A stretch of 64,000 nt of DNA from Chrysomallon squamiferum (taxonomy: Eukaryota > Animalia > Mollusca). Made by a program: the position numbers and the translations under genes. The DNA lies in contig CM022672.1 in NCBI GenBank assembly GCA_012295275.1, positions 9,424,001 to 9,488,000 of the forward strand. The letters run 5' to 3'. Each line of letters begins with the position of its first letter. Within the stretch, counting starts at the first letter, position 1. Below the pieces are notes generated by a model, which was not told the origin of the DNA, ran no database searches, and saw nothing but the letters and a program-made list of their open reading frames with translations. Of the stretch, positions 28,560-42,200 are shown piece by piece.

Positions 28560-28972
28560 TGTCTTCGATAGATTCAATTAGCAGAGAACACGGCCGGATA
28601 AGATAAACTTGCACTGGCTGTAATATCCGCCAGGGGCAGACTTCACCAGAGGTCGCTAACTTGGAGAATTACGACAAGCACACGAAATGTTTGCCGAATT
28701 GATCTTCCCTTCGAAAAGAGACATGATGTTTAGAAATCACGTTTCATCAAAACTAATTTCTTTTGACTGATGGTGGTTTACAAAGAGATCGCCGATCTGG
28801 AAGTTGTGGTTAGCGTGAGGCGCAGAAATAAGCTAAACTACGCCATCTGGTCTGTGCTAGAAACTCTCTCTTGTAATTAGACAGCCATTCTCTTCCACCA
28901 CGCTCGAGGCATCACCAAAACTAGTCCGTTTCTTTGTCGACTAAACCGACACTTGGGAATCGGGCGTTTAAG
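28560..28972 (+). promoter_or_regulatory. CpG-rich island with three CTCF-like motifs, ending at donor AG|GTACGT
   Basis: CCGCCAGGGGCAG 28627-28639, CACCAGAGGTCGCT 28644-28657, GACCAGATGGCGTAGT on the - strand at 28837-28852. Confidence 0.35.
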
Positions 28973-29350
28973 GTACGTTCTTTGTTTTGGTAATTAATTA
29001 ATAAATTTGTTTCTGATTTATTTTATTTTATTTTTTTGCTTTTTTTTATATAATTATGTCTACGTCATAGATGAGCTTCAGATGTACGCATCAGCTGTAG
29101 AAGCAGTATTAATACTGTTAATACATTGTGCTGCGAATATTGCTAATCAGCTACTAATAGTGTTATTGTAATTACTGTTATTATTGAAACTATGACAACC
29201 AGTCTCTAGAATCGTCTGTAGTGTTACTGTGTTACCAGTTACATCAACACTGGTTATGTCGTCGCTGCATATGTATATAATCTAGTTACTTATAACTCTT
29301 TACGTATTTGCTGTATATTTGCGTGGTAGCCTAAATAACATCATCATCAT

Positions 29351-29388
<38 letters not shown>

Positions 29389-29605
29389 TTGTCACCATTA
29401 TTATTGTTAATGTTATTATTGCTGTTGCTGTTGTTATTGTATGTATTTATGTATTAACACAGTTGTACTCTGCTGTTCTGTTAAAGACTTAAAAATATAT
29501 GTATATGTCAATGTTCAATAGTTAAATCAAATTTAAATGTTTTATACACTTGTACAAAACTACATCGATGTGTTTCTGTGTTTGTGTGTGTGTGTCTGTG
29601 TGTGT

Positions 29606-29652
<47 letters not shown>

Positions 29653-30477
29653 TATATATACACACATACATACACACACACACATACATTTACATAATGC
29701 AAGAAACCCTTTATAATCGATTATCGATTGACAAATATATTTAAGTAAATGTCTGTGTTAATGATTAAAAAATATATATATATATTGCACTATGTTTATT
29801 AAATCAACTTATTTATTTATTCATTCATTTATTATTGTTACTAATACTAATACTAACACTACTACTATTACTATAATTACTATTAATACAATTATTTTGT
29901 TGTTTCCTTTCCTTGTTTTTAATCTGTTTCATTCGTTAATTCATATACGTATAATTTAATATATTTTAACTGCAGCTAATTACTAATTTTACTCTAATCC
30001 TCGCTCATATATTTATTTATTTATTCATTTGATTTCACCCACTCATCTTCAGACGCATTTTAATTTACTTCCAAAACGCTGTTTAAAAATGGCATCACTG
30101 ATGAATAGCAGAGAGCCTAAGTGGTATAATAAATATTTGTAACACGTAGTTTATTAAATATGGGAATTAGACTGTAGATTGATTCTGGCCTCTTCACAGT
30201 TTGGGATAATAGTCTATTAAGACTGAGGCTGTTTGCTGCCGTGGTACTTAAGTTAAAAGAGTGGACAACGCACTTCACTGTAATTGAAAATAAAGTCTTC
30301 AGTGAAGAGGTCGTTAAGAAATTTTAATACATCACGTACGCCGACATGTTTTCGTGCGCGCGTGTTGGTGAGAGAGAGACAAACATACACACATACACAT
30401 TTATACACATACACACAAAAATATATATATATACACACACACATACATACATACATACATACATACATACATACATA

Positions 30478-30612
30478 GACTCAGTCGGAGTGCGGGTGAA
30501 TGGGTGCCATACATTCGAGTCTCATCAGCTGCATCTTTTGGTCGTGATTGGACTTTGTCCTCCTGCGCCAGTGCGTTCCCAAATACCGTCTACGTGCAGA
30601 GTCTAATCAGAC
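30478..30612 (+). ncRNA. GC-rich two-hairpin insert interrupting an (ACAT)n tract
   Basis: Nested stems gactc/gagtc and gaatg/cattc; a 16-bp bulged stem spans 30541-30612. Confidence 0.25.
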
Positions 30613-31329
30613 ATACATACTCAAGACAGAGAATATTCAAATCCTAAAATACATACAAACTTGTACTACCTCTGTTAAATCTGATATCGAATATGAAACT
30701 GCTAAAATATTATAATAGCTCCTGAGATTCCGAAAATCAAAAGTTAAAAAATAAATAAATAAAAATAATAAAAACGTTTTCGAAATTCATTTAAAAAAAC
30801 GGTTAATAAAATAACTCTTTGAGATAAAGTGAGATAACGTAGCGACTTATCGTTAATACCATATATGTGTTTCTAATTTGTGATCCTGTAATACATTTTA
30901 TTCCCCACTGTAACAGACTTTCGTAATTTGAAAATTACAAACAGATGAACTAAACGAATAAATTAAATTCAAAAAGCAGCAGCAAAAAAAGAATTTTAAA
31001 TGAAACTTTTTTTTTTTTTTTTTTTTTTTGCTTTGTTATTTTCTAAAGCTGGAGACCGATCGTTAGTTCGTAAAACGAAAATTAAAATTAATTGCATCGT
31101 GGAAACAAATATAAACAAATGGGTTCAGTTAAAGTGATGCAAGATAAACATTACGTTGTATGTCTGTTTAATTGTCGATTTCCGCAATTCAGTAGTAAAT
31201 ATTTGTTTTGATAAACGCTCTCTATCACTCTGTATTGTGCGCACTGTTTAAACAAAAGAAACACACACACTGGATTTTTTTGTAGGTGAACGTGACTGTG
31301 ATAAAACACATTAATAAAAATAATAATTT

Positions 31330-31399
31330 ACAATAATAATAATAATAATAACAACAACAACAATAATAATAATAATAATAATAATAACAACAATAATAT

Positions 31400-31431
<32 letters not shown>

Positions 31432-31497
31432 TTATTATTATTGTATTATCATCATCATCATCATCATCATTATTATTATTATTATTATTATTATTAC
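31330..31497. repeat. Fold-back trinucleotide array (AAT/AAC)n-(ATT/ATC)n
   Basis: Direct reading; orientation flips at ~31430. Confidence 0.93.
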
Positions 31498-33714
31498 ATA
31501 TACGGCTTATTTCATTTTATTTTAACATCACTTTAAATTAATGATTCTTTGTAATTTTTAAAAACAATACTGATGTTATTTAAGATCTGAGGAAAACGTT
31601 TTCTATAAGCAGTTATTCTTTAAACTCGAGTTCGCAGAAACTGTTACCTTGGAGTATTAAATACGGAACCCGAATTAATGTATATAGCGTCAACAAATGA
31701 ATATAATTTTAATCATCTGACTTGAGAGACACAAACAGTTTATAAATTACAGATCTAGTTCACACCACGAAACCGGGCACTGAAATGAATAAAACAAAAT
31801 GGGTCAGGAAAAGCGTACTTGAAACCTGGTTTAAATCGATTTGAGAATAGGCTGAGAAGAGGTGGGGGGGTTTCAAGCTATACTCGACATTCGTTTAAAA
31901 TGCAAGGTTTCCCTGTCCTTCGTGATAAAATCTGGTTTTTATGCTTCACAAGCAGCTTGTACGAGAAAGACTATCAACTCCTGATGCCGCCATTAGATTT
32001 CTTTAAAAAAACAAAAAATAAAAATAAATAAATAAATAAATAAAAATAATATTCGTCGGCAGAAAATATCTTCCCAGAAAAAAAGAATAATAATAAGAAA
32101 AAAATAAAATAAAAATTTAGTACAACAAAAATTACTTTGTTCAGTATCAATTTCTACGTTATTTTGTTCTTTTTTTTTTTTTTTTTTTTTTGACGGGGTG
32201 GAGGTTAGGGAGGGCTTTTTAATTACAATTTGAAACTAGTATTTTTATATAACAGATGAAATCAAAACAAAACAACATTTATATGTTTTGTGAAAAAAGA
32301 GATAGAAAAAAAAAGAAGAAAAGAATGTAATTTAATCAGGCACATGCTAAAGAAATAGTTTTAACTCTCTATTTTCTATGGAATTTGCCAAAGATGCTTA
32401 AACAAAAACATTATCTTGCGTTGCGGTCGACCAATACAATTCATAAATAGCGTTTTACGATTCAGCGTATTGAAAGAAAAGTTATAAATGAAATCTCGCC
32501 GGACCGAAATGCCATTTTAATAATGCCAGCAGAGGACGTAAAAGCCTGTAAAATGAAGAGTTAATATTCCATCTGATTTGAAGTTTTCCTTTGTCCATCA
32601 AAACTGTAAATTTTAACATCATTTACTTAGGAAGCTAAATGTGTGGCTAATGTATCTTTTAGGAAACTTTCACCTTTTGCGATCCTTTTAGCAAATACTG
32701 CTTGCCGATTGTAATTCTGGGTTTATTGTACGTTGATTGTATTTTCGTTTGCGTCTTGTAGCTCGCTTTAAGCGCGGGATTTACACTTAACTGTTGTGTG
32801 TTTGTATTCGCTTTTCCTTTAAAACTGGGATTTAATATAACGGCGAGGCTGTAATATTTGTGATGTTTCTCAACACTGTATGAATTATTCACAGTAATGC
32901 CGCTGTATGTTCTGTACGATTTGCCTAAAGGGAAATAATTTAAACATTAAGGAATAAATAGATATAAAACATGATATCAGAATTAATTGGACATAAATGT
33001 TGTTTGCGTACTGCTTAGCGAGATTAATAACAGAAATTACAATAGCATTAAAATAATCACTTTTGTTGTGTATTTACAACAGTATTATAATTAAAAACAG
33101 AAATATACAACGTTATAAATGATCATTCATTTTTAATTACAAACTAATTTAATTATGCTTTTTAGAAATTTCACAGCTATTTTCACTTTATTTTTTTTTT
33201 TTTTTTTTTTTTCAGTCTCGAATAAATTCAAAAGTTGGAAAATATTTTACATTCAAATATCGAATTTGTTCTTCTAAAACCAGAAATTAGGCGCATTTTG
33301 AAAGTATCTTTACAAACTTTTCATTCAGTAATATTCTTTTGTTTCCTAGATTTCGCCTTAACATTTTATCCATTCATATTTTCAAATTTTTTTCTTTTCT
33401 TTTTAACAAAAATATAAAAAAATCGATCGATATACACCCACCAAAAAACAAAGTTTGGCAAATATGAAAATGTGATAACCATCTTCCAGTTTGAGGTTAA
33501 TGTCTTCATTAACCAATACTGACAGTTTTGCGTTCATGATTTTTAATTTTTTATTATTTTTTATTTAATTTTTTTTACATAGCTACAATGAGCTATTGAC
33601 TTTGCAACTTGCTAATTACATAAACTTTTTTTTTTTTTTTTTTTTTTTATTTTGTTTTTATTTTTTTAAATATAGATAACGTTATTTGATTAGAACAGCA
33701 GGAAAACTTTACAC

Positions 33715-34391
33715 GTTCCGTCAGTCGCGGTGAACGGGGTTGACGGTTAATTAAATTTAAATCGATTTATGGCTAGGACCCGGCTTTACAAAGCGCCGAG
33801 CGTAGTTAACTTGTTTCTTTGCAATAGCTTCCAATCTGGGAATCTTGTTACACGACCACAGACGAAGTGAAAGCCACCTTCGGCTATTATAGTTTAATCA
33901 AATGACAAGATATGATTACGCCCTAAACTTTTTATTCTCTTTTCTAGCGTCGTCTTGACACAATGGCCTTTCTGGGCCAAATCTTTCAAAATTCAGTTTG
34001 TGTTAGTTAATTCTTCAGACGAAAAAACAACAGCTTTTTAACACCGACCTCTTGTGCCGTTGTTTCTCGTTGCGTTCAGCGCCGAAGAATTCAATTTATT
34101 TTCATGGAATGGCTACCTTTAATTTGTAGTCGTTTATCAGGGGCCCTTGTTCCTTCGTCAGCAGCGCTTGTACACACGCTCAGACTTCCACTGGCAGAGT
34201 TCGCTACTGCGGCGTTTCTGAAAAGCCAAGAAGATCCGCGATCGATAAACGAGAAAATTGTAGGGGGCGCTTCGCATCGTCAGAAGTGCCAGACAGCGCG
34301 CAACGATCGAACAGAGCAAGAACCGTTCAGTGACAACAGGTGGATTTTTCTTTATGTCCAAACTTGTTGTCGGAAGGTCGCATTCGTCAAG
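33715..34391 (+). promoter_or_regulatory. Largest CpG-rich island; candidate promoter or exon ending at AG|GTAAGC
   Basis: Donor at 34391/34392. Acceptor-like sites at 33947 and 34079, each with a branch-like motif and a pyrimidine tract. TAGGGGGCGCT (CTCF-like) 34261-34271; CGATTTATGGC (Hox-like) 33763-33773. Confidence 0.45.
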
Positions 34392-35217
34392 GTAAGCGAG
34401 ATTTTTCACACTTTGGTTATTCACGGCGTGTAGCGTCTATTCTCTTTCACGATGTTTATCGGTGATTCCGTTTGAGTTAGAATTTTTGTTCCAGATTTTC
34501 TTTTTCTTTTTTTTTTTCATTCTCGTTTTTTTTTTCTCTGTCCGTATACGGCCTCTTCCATTGATTGATATTAACACTGACGACGACTCGAGCTTGTAAG
34601 ATAAGACGATGTAAGACTAATAATTTTTCAGGAGATATCTTTAATAGCCGTACGATCAGTATCACTTGTATTCTTGAAATATTTCCTGTTTTCCAGTCTA
34701 TAATCGCCTTTTTTTTCTCTAGTTTTTCGTCTGTTTCGTGTCAATATGGATTACGAGCGAAATATGTTAGGATTTTCTTTAATGTGACCTCGGTAATGAT
34801 AATCTGCCGGAAAAAAAAATAAAAAATAAAAAATCACATGAACTAATCTACTGAAATTGTAACAGAATAATGATGAGTGGTTAAAACCAATCCGTATATT
34901 GACAAGTTGCTGCAACAAACCAGTTCGTCTGCTGGCGAACAAAACGCTGATAAATAAACTGCATACTGGTACGACATACAAGATCTAAACTGCACCAGAT
35001 TCTCGAATGCGTTGGCGGTGAAATTCTGTAAGCGTCTTTGAAGAGGTATGACGTTGTTCGTGCGAGGCTGATGGAAAATACATTGTATTTTTAATTATTC
35101 ACTTTTAAAAAGTATTAGCTGTACTAACCGGTGAATATCACTGTTTTTAGAATATTTTTTTAATATTGCTTTTTTGTAGGGCAGAAGAAACTGCAGATGA
35201 AAATAATTAAATCCGTT

Positions 35218-35258
<41 letters not shown>

Positions 35259-37524
35259 CTATCTATGTTAATAAGTAGTTTTGATCTAATATCAAAGCAA
35301 ATCTACTTGTATTTGTCCAGAAAATCTAAAATCATTCAATACATAAATAAATAAATATTAATAAAATATAGATAAAACATGAAAGATAATTGTATTCTAC
35401 AATTTTCCTGTCTTTAATAAAAAATTAAAAAATACTTACCTCTTTTCTAAGATATATTTTCCATCAAATTATATAACAACATTAACAACAACAACAACAA
35501 CAGTTCCATCCAAAATAAATAATACGAGCTAACAAACAACAACAACGAAGAAAAACAGCACAAAATCACGAAATGAAAAGTACAGTCTAAATGTTGTTCT
35601 TACAATCTGACCATCATTACTGGATTTCTCTTTTGCTGTGTAGAGAATTACGGCTTGCCAAATTGTTTTTTTTTTTTCAGTTTACTGACAATCTAACTGT
35701 GATGATCATTTATCAGTGTAGGAGTTGACATGAAGAGATATATTACTAAACGTCTACGTGATTGATTTTAGAGATTTTTGCATCTGGGAAAAAAAGAAAA
35801 GTAATCGTTCTGTTGATTTGTAAGATATTTTATATTTTGTTATCTGTGTACAGAGCAGCTGATAATCAGCACAGTGAGTGATCTGCTGAAATTGTTTTCT
35901 TCAAGCTGATAACGGACGTTTTTGAAGCTCGGGGTTTAGTCTCTAAATGAATGAAGCTATGCTGTTGTTGGCTGTTTTTTTTTAAATTTATTTATTGGCA
36001 ACGACAACAGCAACATAAATAAGCACAACTACTATTATTTTACTATTATTTATTTATTTTATTTTTTATTTTTTATTTAATTATTTATTACTACCATCAC
36101 CACTTGTAACATCTTCTTTTTTCACGCCTCTTTTTCTTCTTTTTCCTCTTATTATTATTGTTGTTGCTGTAAATAAATAACAAAAACGCGGTATTGTTTG
36201 ATTGGTTTACAAACTTACTAATACATCTCTTAACTGAAGCTCTCTATTTGCTAATCCCCATGATGGCAGTTCCTGTTGAAGCGAACACGACCGTTCATTT
36301 GTATACTGATCTAAATCGTGAAAATCTATTTCATTTTATTCTGCTATTTACCGACCTCTAGCATAGACTTACAAGCCATTATAAGGAATTTAACTCTTTA
36401 TTTGACAAATTTAACCCTACTTACTGACATTACATCGACGAGCCAATGGTGATAATACTACCAGATCGATGACGTACAACGAAAATCATGCATAATCCAG
36501 TTCATATCTGCGAGCTTCGGACCGATTTGACGTAGAAAACTACCTGAGGTCAGAAGAAAGAAGCTTGATAAGCCTGCCAATTATATTTGTGCTGTGTGCA
36601 AATTATTCCATATGCTGTATTTCGTACGTACTCACTTAAGCGCTTCTCTGGTCTTCATTGCTTGTGTCCAGACAGCGGATTTCAGTAAAGAGCATTGCGT
36701 AGATTTACCTCCCAGTGGCCTACATTAAGTCAACGTGTTATTGTCAATAAACAACATTATCTCTCGTTTATTTTGTTAAAACCTGAACATCGTGGAGTAG
36801 AAAGAGACGGCTGGAGATTCTGTGAGCGTATTAAATCAAGAACTGAAGCTTTTTTTTAAAGAACAGACTGGATTCGTAGTGATGGTTATATCTTCAACAA
36901 TTTTGGTTTTGTTTTTGTTCGTTTTCTTTTAATTAAGTGCTGAGTTTGTGTTTTTATTTTGTTTTCGACGATGATGATGACAAATGGTGTTATTTCTGTT
37001 CTGTTATTTGTTTTTGTGGCATGCCCAGTTGCTTGTAGTTTTCCAAGGCGGCTGTCGTCGACGATGATGACGTTGTTTCTCTCTTGCTTTTAATTACGTG
37101 CCGAGTCGCTAGTAGGTTTTCAAAGGCTTTTGTTCCTGTTGTTGCTGACGATGTTCTTGTTTGTTTTGCTTTTTAATTACTTATTGGATTTCATTCAGCT
37201 TTTCACCTCTGTTATTGCCACACTAACGATGTAGATGCTATTTTGTTTTGTTTTGTTTTCCATGTAAGTGTTGAGTTTATTGTAAGATTTCAAGGCCTTT
37301 GCTTTTGTTATTCGTAACAATGATGGCAAAGATGCTAATGTTGTTTTTGTGTGTTGACTTAATTCTAATTTTCCCAGGTTTTATCTTGTTAGTACTGACG
37401 ATTATGTTGATGATGTTATTTCTGCAGTGTTTTATTTTTGGTTATGTATTATATTTATTATAGATTTAATGCTATTAAATCAAGTCTATTAAAGTTGCTG
37501 ACAATGAAAAATGCTGATGATCAT

Positions 37525-37525
<1 letters not shown>

Positions 37526-37602
<77 letters not shown>
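37526..37602. repeat. (CT)n microsatellite
   Basis: Direct reading. Confidence 0.97.
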
Positions 37603-37609
<7 letters not shown>

Positions 37610-38116
37610 ATCTATCTATCTCTCTCCATATTATATATAATCAAAATCATATTATTTAAATTTCTTTTGTATTTATTTATTCATTTTTTACTTACTTATT
37701 TACTTACTTACTTACATTTGCCTTCATTTTATATAACTGTTTTGCCGTTTCAGACAGGTACTATGTAGATATATTTGTTTCTATGTTAACTTGTTTAATG
37801 GTGTGACTAGAACTACGAACCCATCTGTAAAATTCGGATGTTTGGATCCTGTCGTTCTTGCTCAAATCTCCCTTACGTGTTTAACCGTGTGTGGAATGTG
37901 TCCGCCTGAGTAATCCCAATGCAGAAAGTGTTATTTATGTACAGAAAGTGTTTTAATATAATTTGTAATCTCTTCTGTGCTCTGCAATAAACAGGTCTGT
38001 TAAACAAAACAAAGTTTAATATTTGCCTTGAAAAAATATAATATGTCGTCTTAACCACACCAAAAAAAAAAAAAAAAAAAAAAAAATTAAAAATGTAAAA
38101 AATAAATAAATAATTA

Positions 38117-38445
38117 ACTGTTATTACTCATATAGTTTTAACTGTTATTGCTGATATAGTTTTTACTGTTATTACTGATATAGTTTTTACTGTTATTACT
38201 GATATAGCTTTTAGCAGTTATTACTAATATAGTTTTTATTGTTGTTACTAATATAGCTTTTATCCGTTATTACAGATACAATTTTTATCTGTTATTACTG
38301 ATATATATTTTTTTTAACTGTTATTATTGATATAGCTTTTAACTGTTATTACTAATACAGTTTTTAGTGTTATTACTGTTATTACTAATACAGTTTTAAT
38401 CGTTATTACAGGTATAGTTTTTAGCTGTTATTACTGATATAGTTA
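38117..38445. repeat. 24-bp minisatellite ACTGTTATTACTGATATAGTTTTT, ~13 copies
   Basis: Units start at 38117, 38141, 38165 and so on, with high identity. Confidence 0.95.
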
Positions 38446-39176
38446 CTATATATATTTACATTTAATGATTTTCGTGTTCCATTCATATTTTCTCTATGGC
38501 TCGTTAAAAAATATAAATAAAAATAAACAAGCAAACGAAATTAAATTAAAGTTTTGAAACATCCCTTAACAAAAATTAAGATTAAACCTTGAGTTTAAAA
38601 ATATTTTGAAAGATTATGTCTAATTATGGAATATCGACTGAAAACTGGTTAATAATTTCTAAAACACGTCAATGCTTACGGCAAGTTTTCATTTTACAAT
38701 AAAAAGATATAATGATTGTTTTTTTTTTTCCTTCTTTTCACAATTTTAGGTTGATTTTCTCATTATTTTCTTTTGTTTTGCAAATCCCAGATTTCGTTTC
38801 AGAAGCAATTAGAAAAACTGGACCATATTTATTAATTCTGTGTTTTATTTTATTATCGTTTTTGTTTTTCATATAACGGAATTATATTTAACAGTCTGAC
38901 AACTGACACGCAAGTAAACATGTATCAGCCTATTCATCCAACTATCAATCGATACATAAAAATAGGCACGCTTAAGTACACACATATATAAGCATACATG
39001 CGAAAACACATAGACAAACACACATACATATACATGCATATAGAGATATCCATTTTTACATGTATTGAAATATACATATAGACATATATACATACGTACA
39101 TGAATATGTACATAAATATGTTACATGAAAATAGATATACACATATGTGTTCTTTGTCCTATTCATACTGTGTACC

Positions 39177-39222
<46 letters not shown>

Positions 39223-42200
39223 TCATACTGTCAGTAAGATATTAAGTTTAGAAATAAATGATGATATTCTTTTTACATAAAGTGAAAAACCGACATATAA
39301 ATAATCAAATTATATTTTTCGATGCTTCAGTTATATCTTACGAGATTTAAACAAATAACAAATGAAGCAGAAAAACTAACAAAAATTTGCCTGATTGACC
39401 TTTCTTAGATACGTTTCTGTTTTCTTTTTTTTCTTTATAATATTTCAGAAATTGTGTTAATTTAGACGAGGAGGTTTTGTTGAGTTTTTTTTTTTTTTTT
39501 TTTTGCGGAAGAATCATTTTAAGAACGGAAAATTAAAAAACGTGCTAAATGAGCTGCTGATCAACTACTAGCTGTAAAAATGTGTTTATTTTTTACAATC
39601 TGACATTTCTTACAATATTAACTGAAGATTTGACACTGGGTGTATCAGTGAATGTTACAGAAATCTGACGATAACGATCGATCTAAAAATTCCCATCCAA
39701 ATCTTAATAAAATCAAACTTTTAATTTGGATTTTTTTTTTCTTTTTTTTTTTAAAGTGGAATGATTGCGTTCACAAACGCCTTCGTAACAGCTGCAATGG
39801 CAAAAATCCCCAAGTTCGCATTATAATTTAAGCTCCCTATTTTTTTTCTCATACAAATCCGTAGGAAGCTTATAGCGTAAGACACGATCACTGTTTAGCA
39901 TTTATTATGTGCTTATGAATTTTAGAATGCCTACTCACCCTGCTAAAAGAAAAGGGGATCGTTTGGTACAAAATATTAGTATTTTTAAAGAAGATTCATA
40001 AACGATAATACAAATAAAATGTTGATAATTAAATACATATAACTAAAACCAATATTTGTTTCAAATTTATTAAATATCTGTCGTATTGTGGCTGCCACAA
40101 AATTACGACATTTTACTGAATAGTGTTCCTTTCTGTTCTGTCATTTCTGTATTCGTTACATGTATATCTACAAACTCGTACATAAATCATATGTATGTAG
40201 AAACTGATTAAAAATATATATTTAATGGCTGCTTGGAACTGTTGCCTGCATTTCCCATTTGAGCTGGGCTGGTTACAAGTTTAGGCATAGGCTTTATTTC
40301 AGTATGATCCTTTCAGAATTAGTAGTATTTTCTGTTTGGTCGTTCACAATTTCTATTATCACCTCTGTTATTTCAATAATATAAAGAAAGTAAAAAAACA
40401 AATTATTTCTCGAACTGTCTGGAGCGAGTGTAAAAAGAAATAAGGTTTCTTTTTCTTCATAATACAGAGTTCACACTGGCTATTATTAAGACACAATTAC
40501 GTTTCCAGGGAACGAGAAAATGATCCTGTATTCGCCATCTGTAAGTGTTTGTATTTTCTGAACGATTTCAAAAATACTCTAGGTAGACACGACTGTTGTG
40601 TGTTTAATGCAGATGCAGGAACGTGTATTAATGTTTGAAGAACCTGAAATTTTAACAGTGAGTTTATGTAAACAGTCAGATGCAGCTGGAACTGTGTTGA
40701 ATGGAGTAAATGAAATTTCTCGGTTTCACGGGGTTGTTTTTGTGTTTGTTGTATGTGGCCATGCATGTGTGTGTGTGTGTGTGTGTGTTTATTATGTTTG
40801 TGTCTGTGTTTGTGTGTCTGTATTAAACTGCATTTGTTGGTTTCTTTTTCCTGCGTTTGGCCAATATCAAAGTAAATCGTTCAATCGACATTTGACTATT
40901 TTGGATCAATAATCCGGATCTGATGACGAAGGTCCTTGTTGTATCACCAGATCTGATATTTAAGGATTTGTTTAAATCTTCTAATCGTATGGGCAGTTTC
41001 CTAGAATGTCTTCTGGTCTTTGTTTTGTTTTTTACCACCACATTCAAACATGGCAGTATTCGTTAGTGTTAAAGGTAACGGATCTTTATCAAATATTGTT
41101 AGCGCAGACACTAATTGTAAATTTACAGTCGTTAAATATGGGCTACATTCTTAACATTTCGTTGCATATATATATATTTATTATCTATTTCATTTTCAGT
41201 ATAATGAGTCAACTGAAACAAAATAATTGTTCCATTCATCTGAAATACCAAAATAGGAATACAGTATTTCTCAATTATCGTTCACTGATATCTACCGTAT
41301 ATAAAGAATCATTCAGAATTAAAATTATTTCACAATAAACTTGAGCAGAATCGGAATAGGGACAAAGCAGATACTCAAACAAGCATAATAAACAAAATAT
41401 TTTAAAAAATGGCTGCAAATTTGTGTTCTTGCTATGAGGGTGTTTCGATCTGCAGCGGCCATTAATATAATTTTGAAATATTAACCAGATTTCATCTAAA
41501 TCGCTTTGCACTGCATCGGTCTCGATGATATCAAATAAAACTACAACATCATGTTTGTCCCAAGTGCCTCGTTTATGTCGAGATTGTAAATTTCCATCGA
41601 TGAAAGTCATCATATCACCGATCAAGCCGTTTGTTTACACCGGAAGACAGTTAAGGCGTCTGATGGAGTTGCGCATGCCCGTGGCGTACTTAAAAAGCAA
41701 TTAACTGCTCCGTTTAGATTCATGATTTAGAATGTTTCGCTGATTGAAACGATTTAATTAAATCTCTTTAAACGTTAAATTGTTTTATCACAAAACTGAT
41801 TAAGCACAATAAAGGTAATGATAATTTTTTCTCTTATAAATGTATTATTAAAAAAAAAATATTGAAATGATTAAAACAACACTAAAAGCATTGAAACATG
41901 GATAGGTAAAAACAAAGAAAAATATATATACGACGAAAAGCGAAGAAAAAAACAACAACAAAAAAACAACAAAAAAGAACGTCTGGACTCTAATTGAAAT
42001 AGCTGCCATTATAATTTTTTCCAGCGAACAATTCGTTTTGGTCGAGGTAATCTTGGTTCTATTAACTGATCAGATGATCCGAATATTTATCAGAAATGAT
42101 GGTTGTCTCGTGACTTCATAAAGCAGACTCACGGGCGAAGAATAAGAAAGGTTAAATGTCCATTTGCTGGCGTCGCTATTTGGTAATCTACAGGGATTAG

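Noticed and set aside
35432-35441. U1 snRNA 5' end or perfect - strand donor (atacttacct)
   Set aside because: No U1 body and no credible exon; expected by chance.
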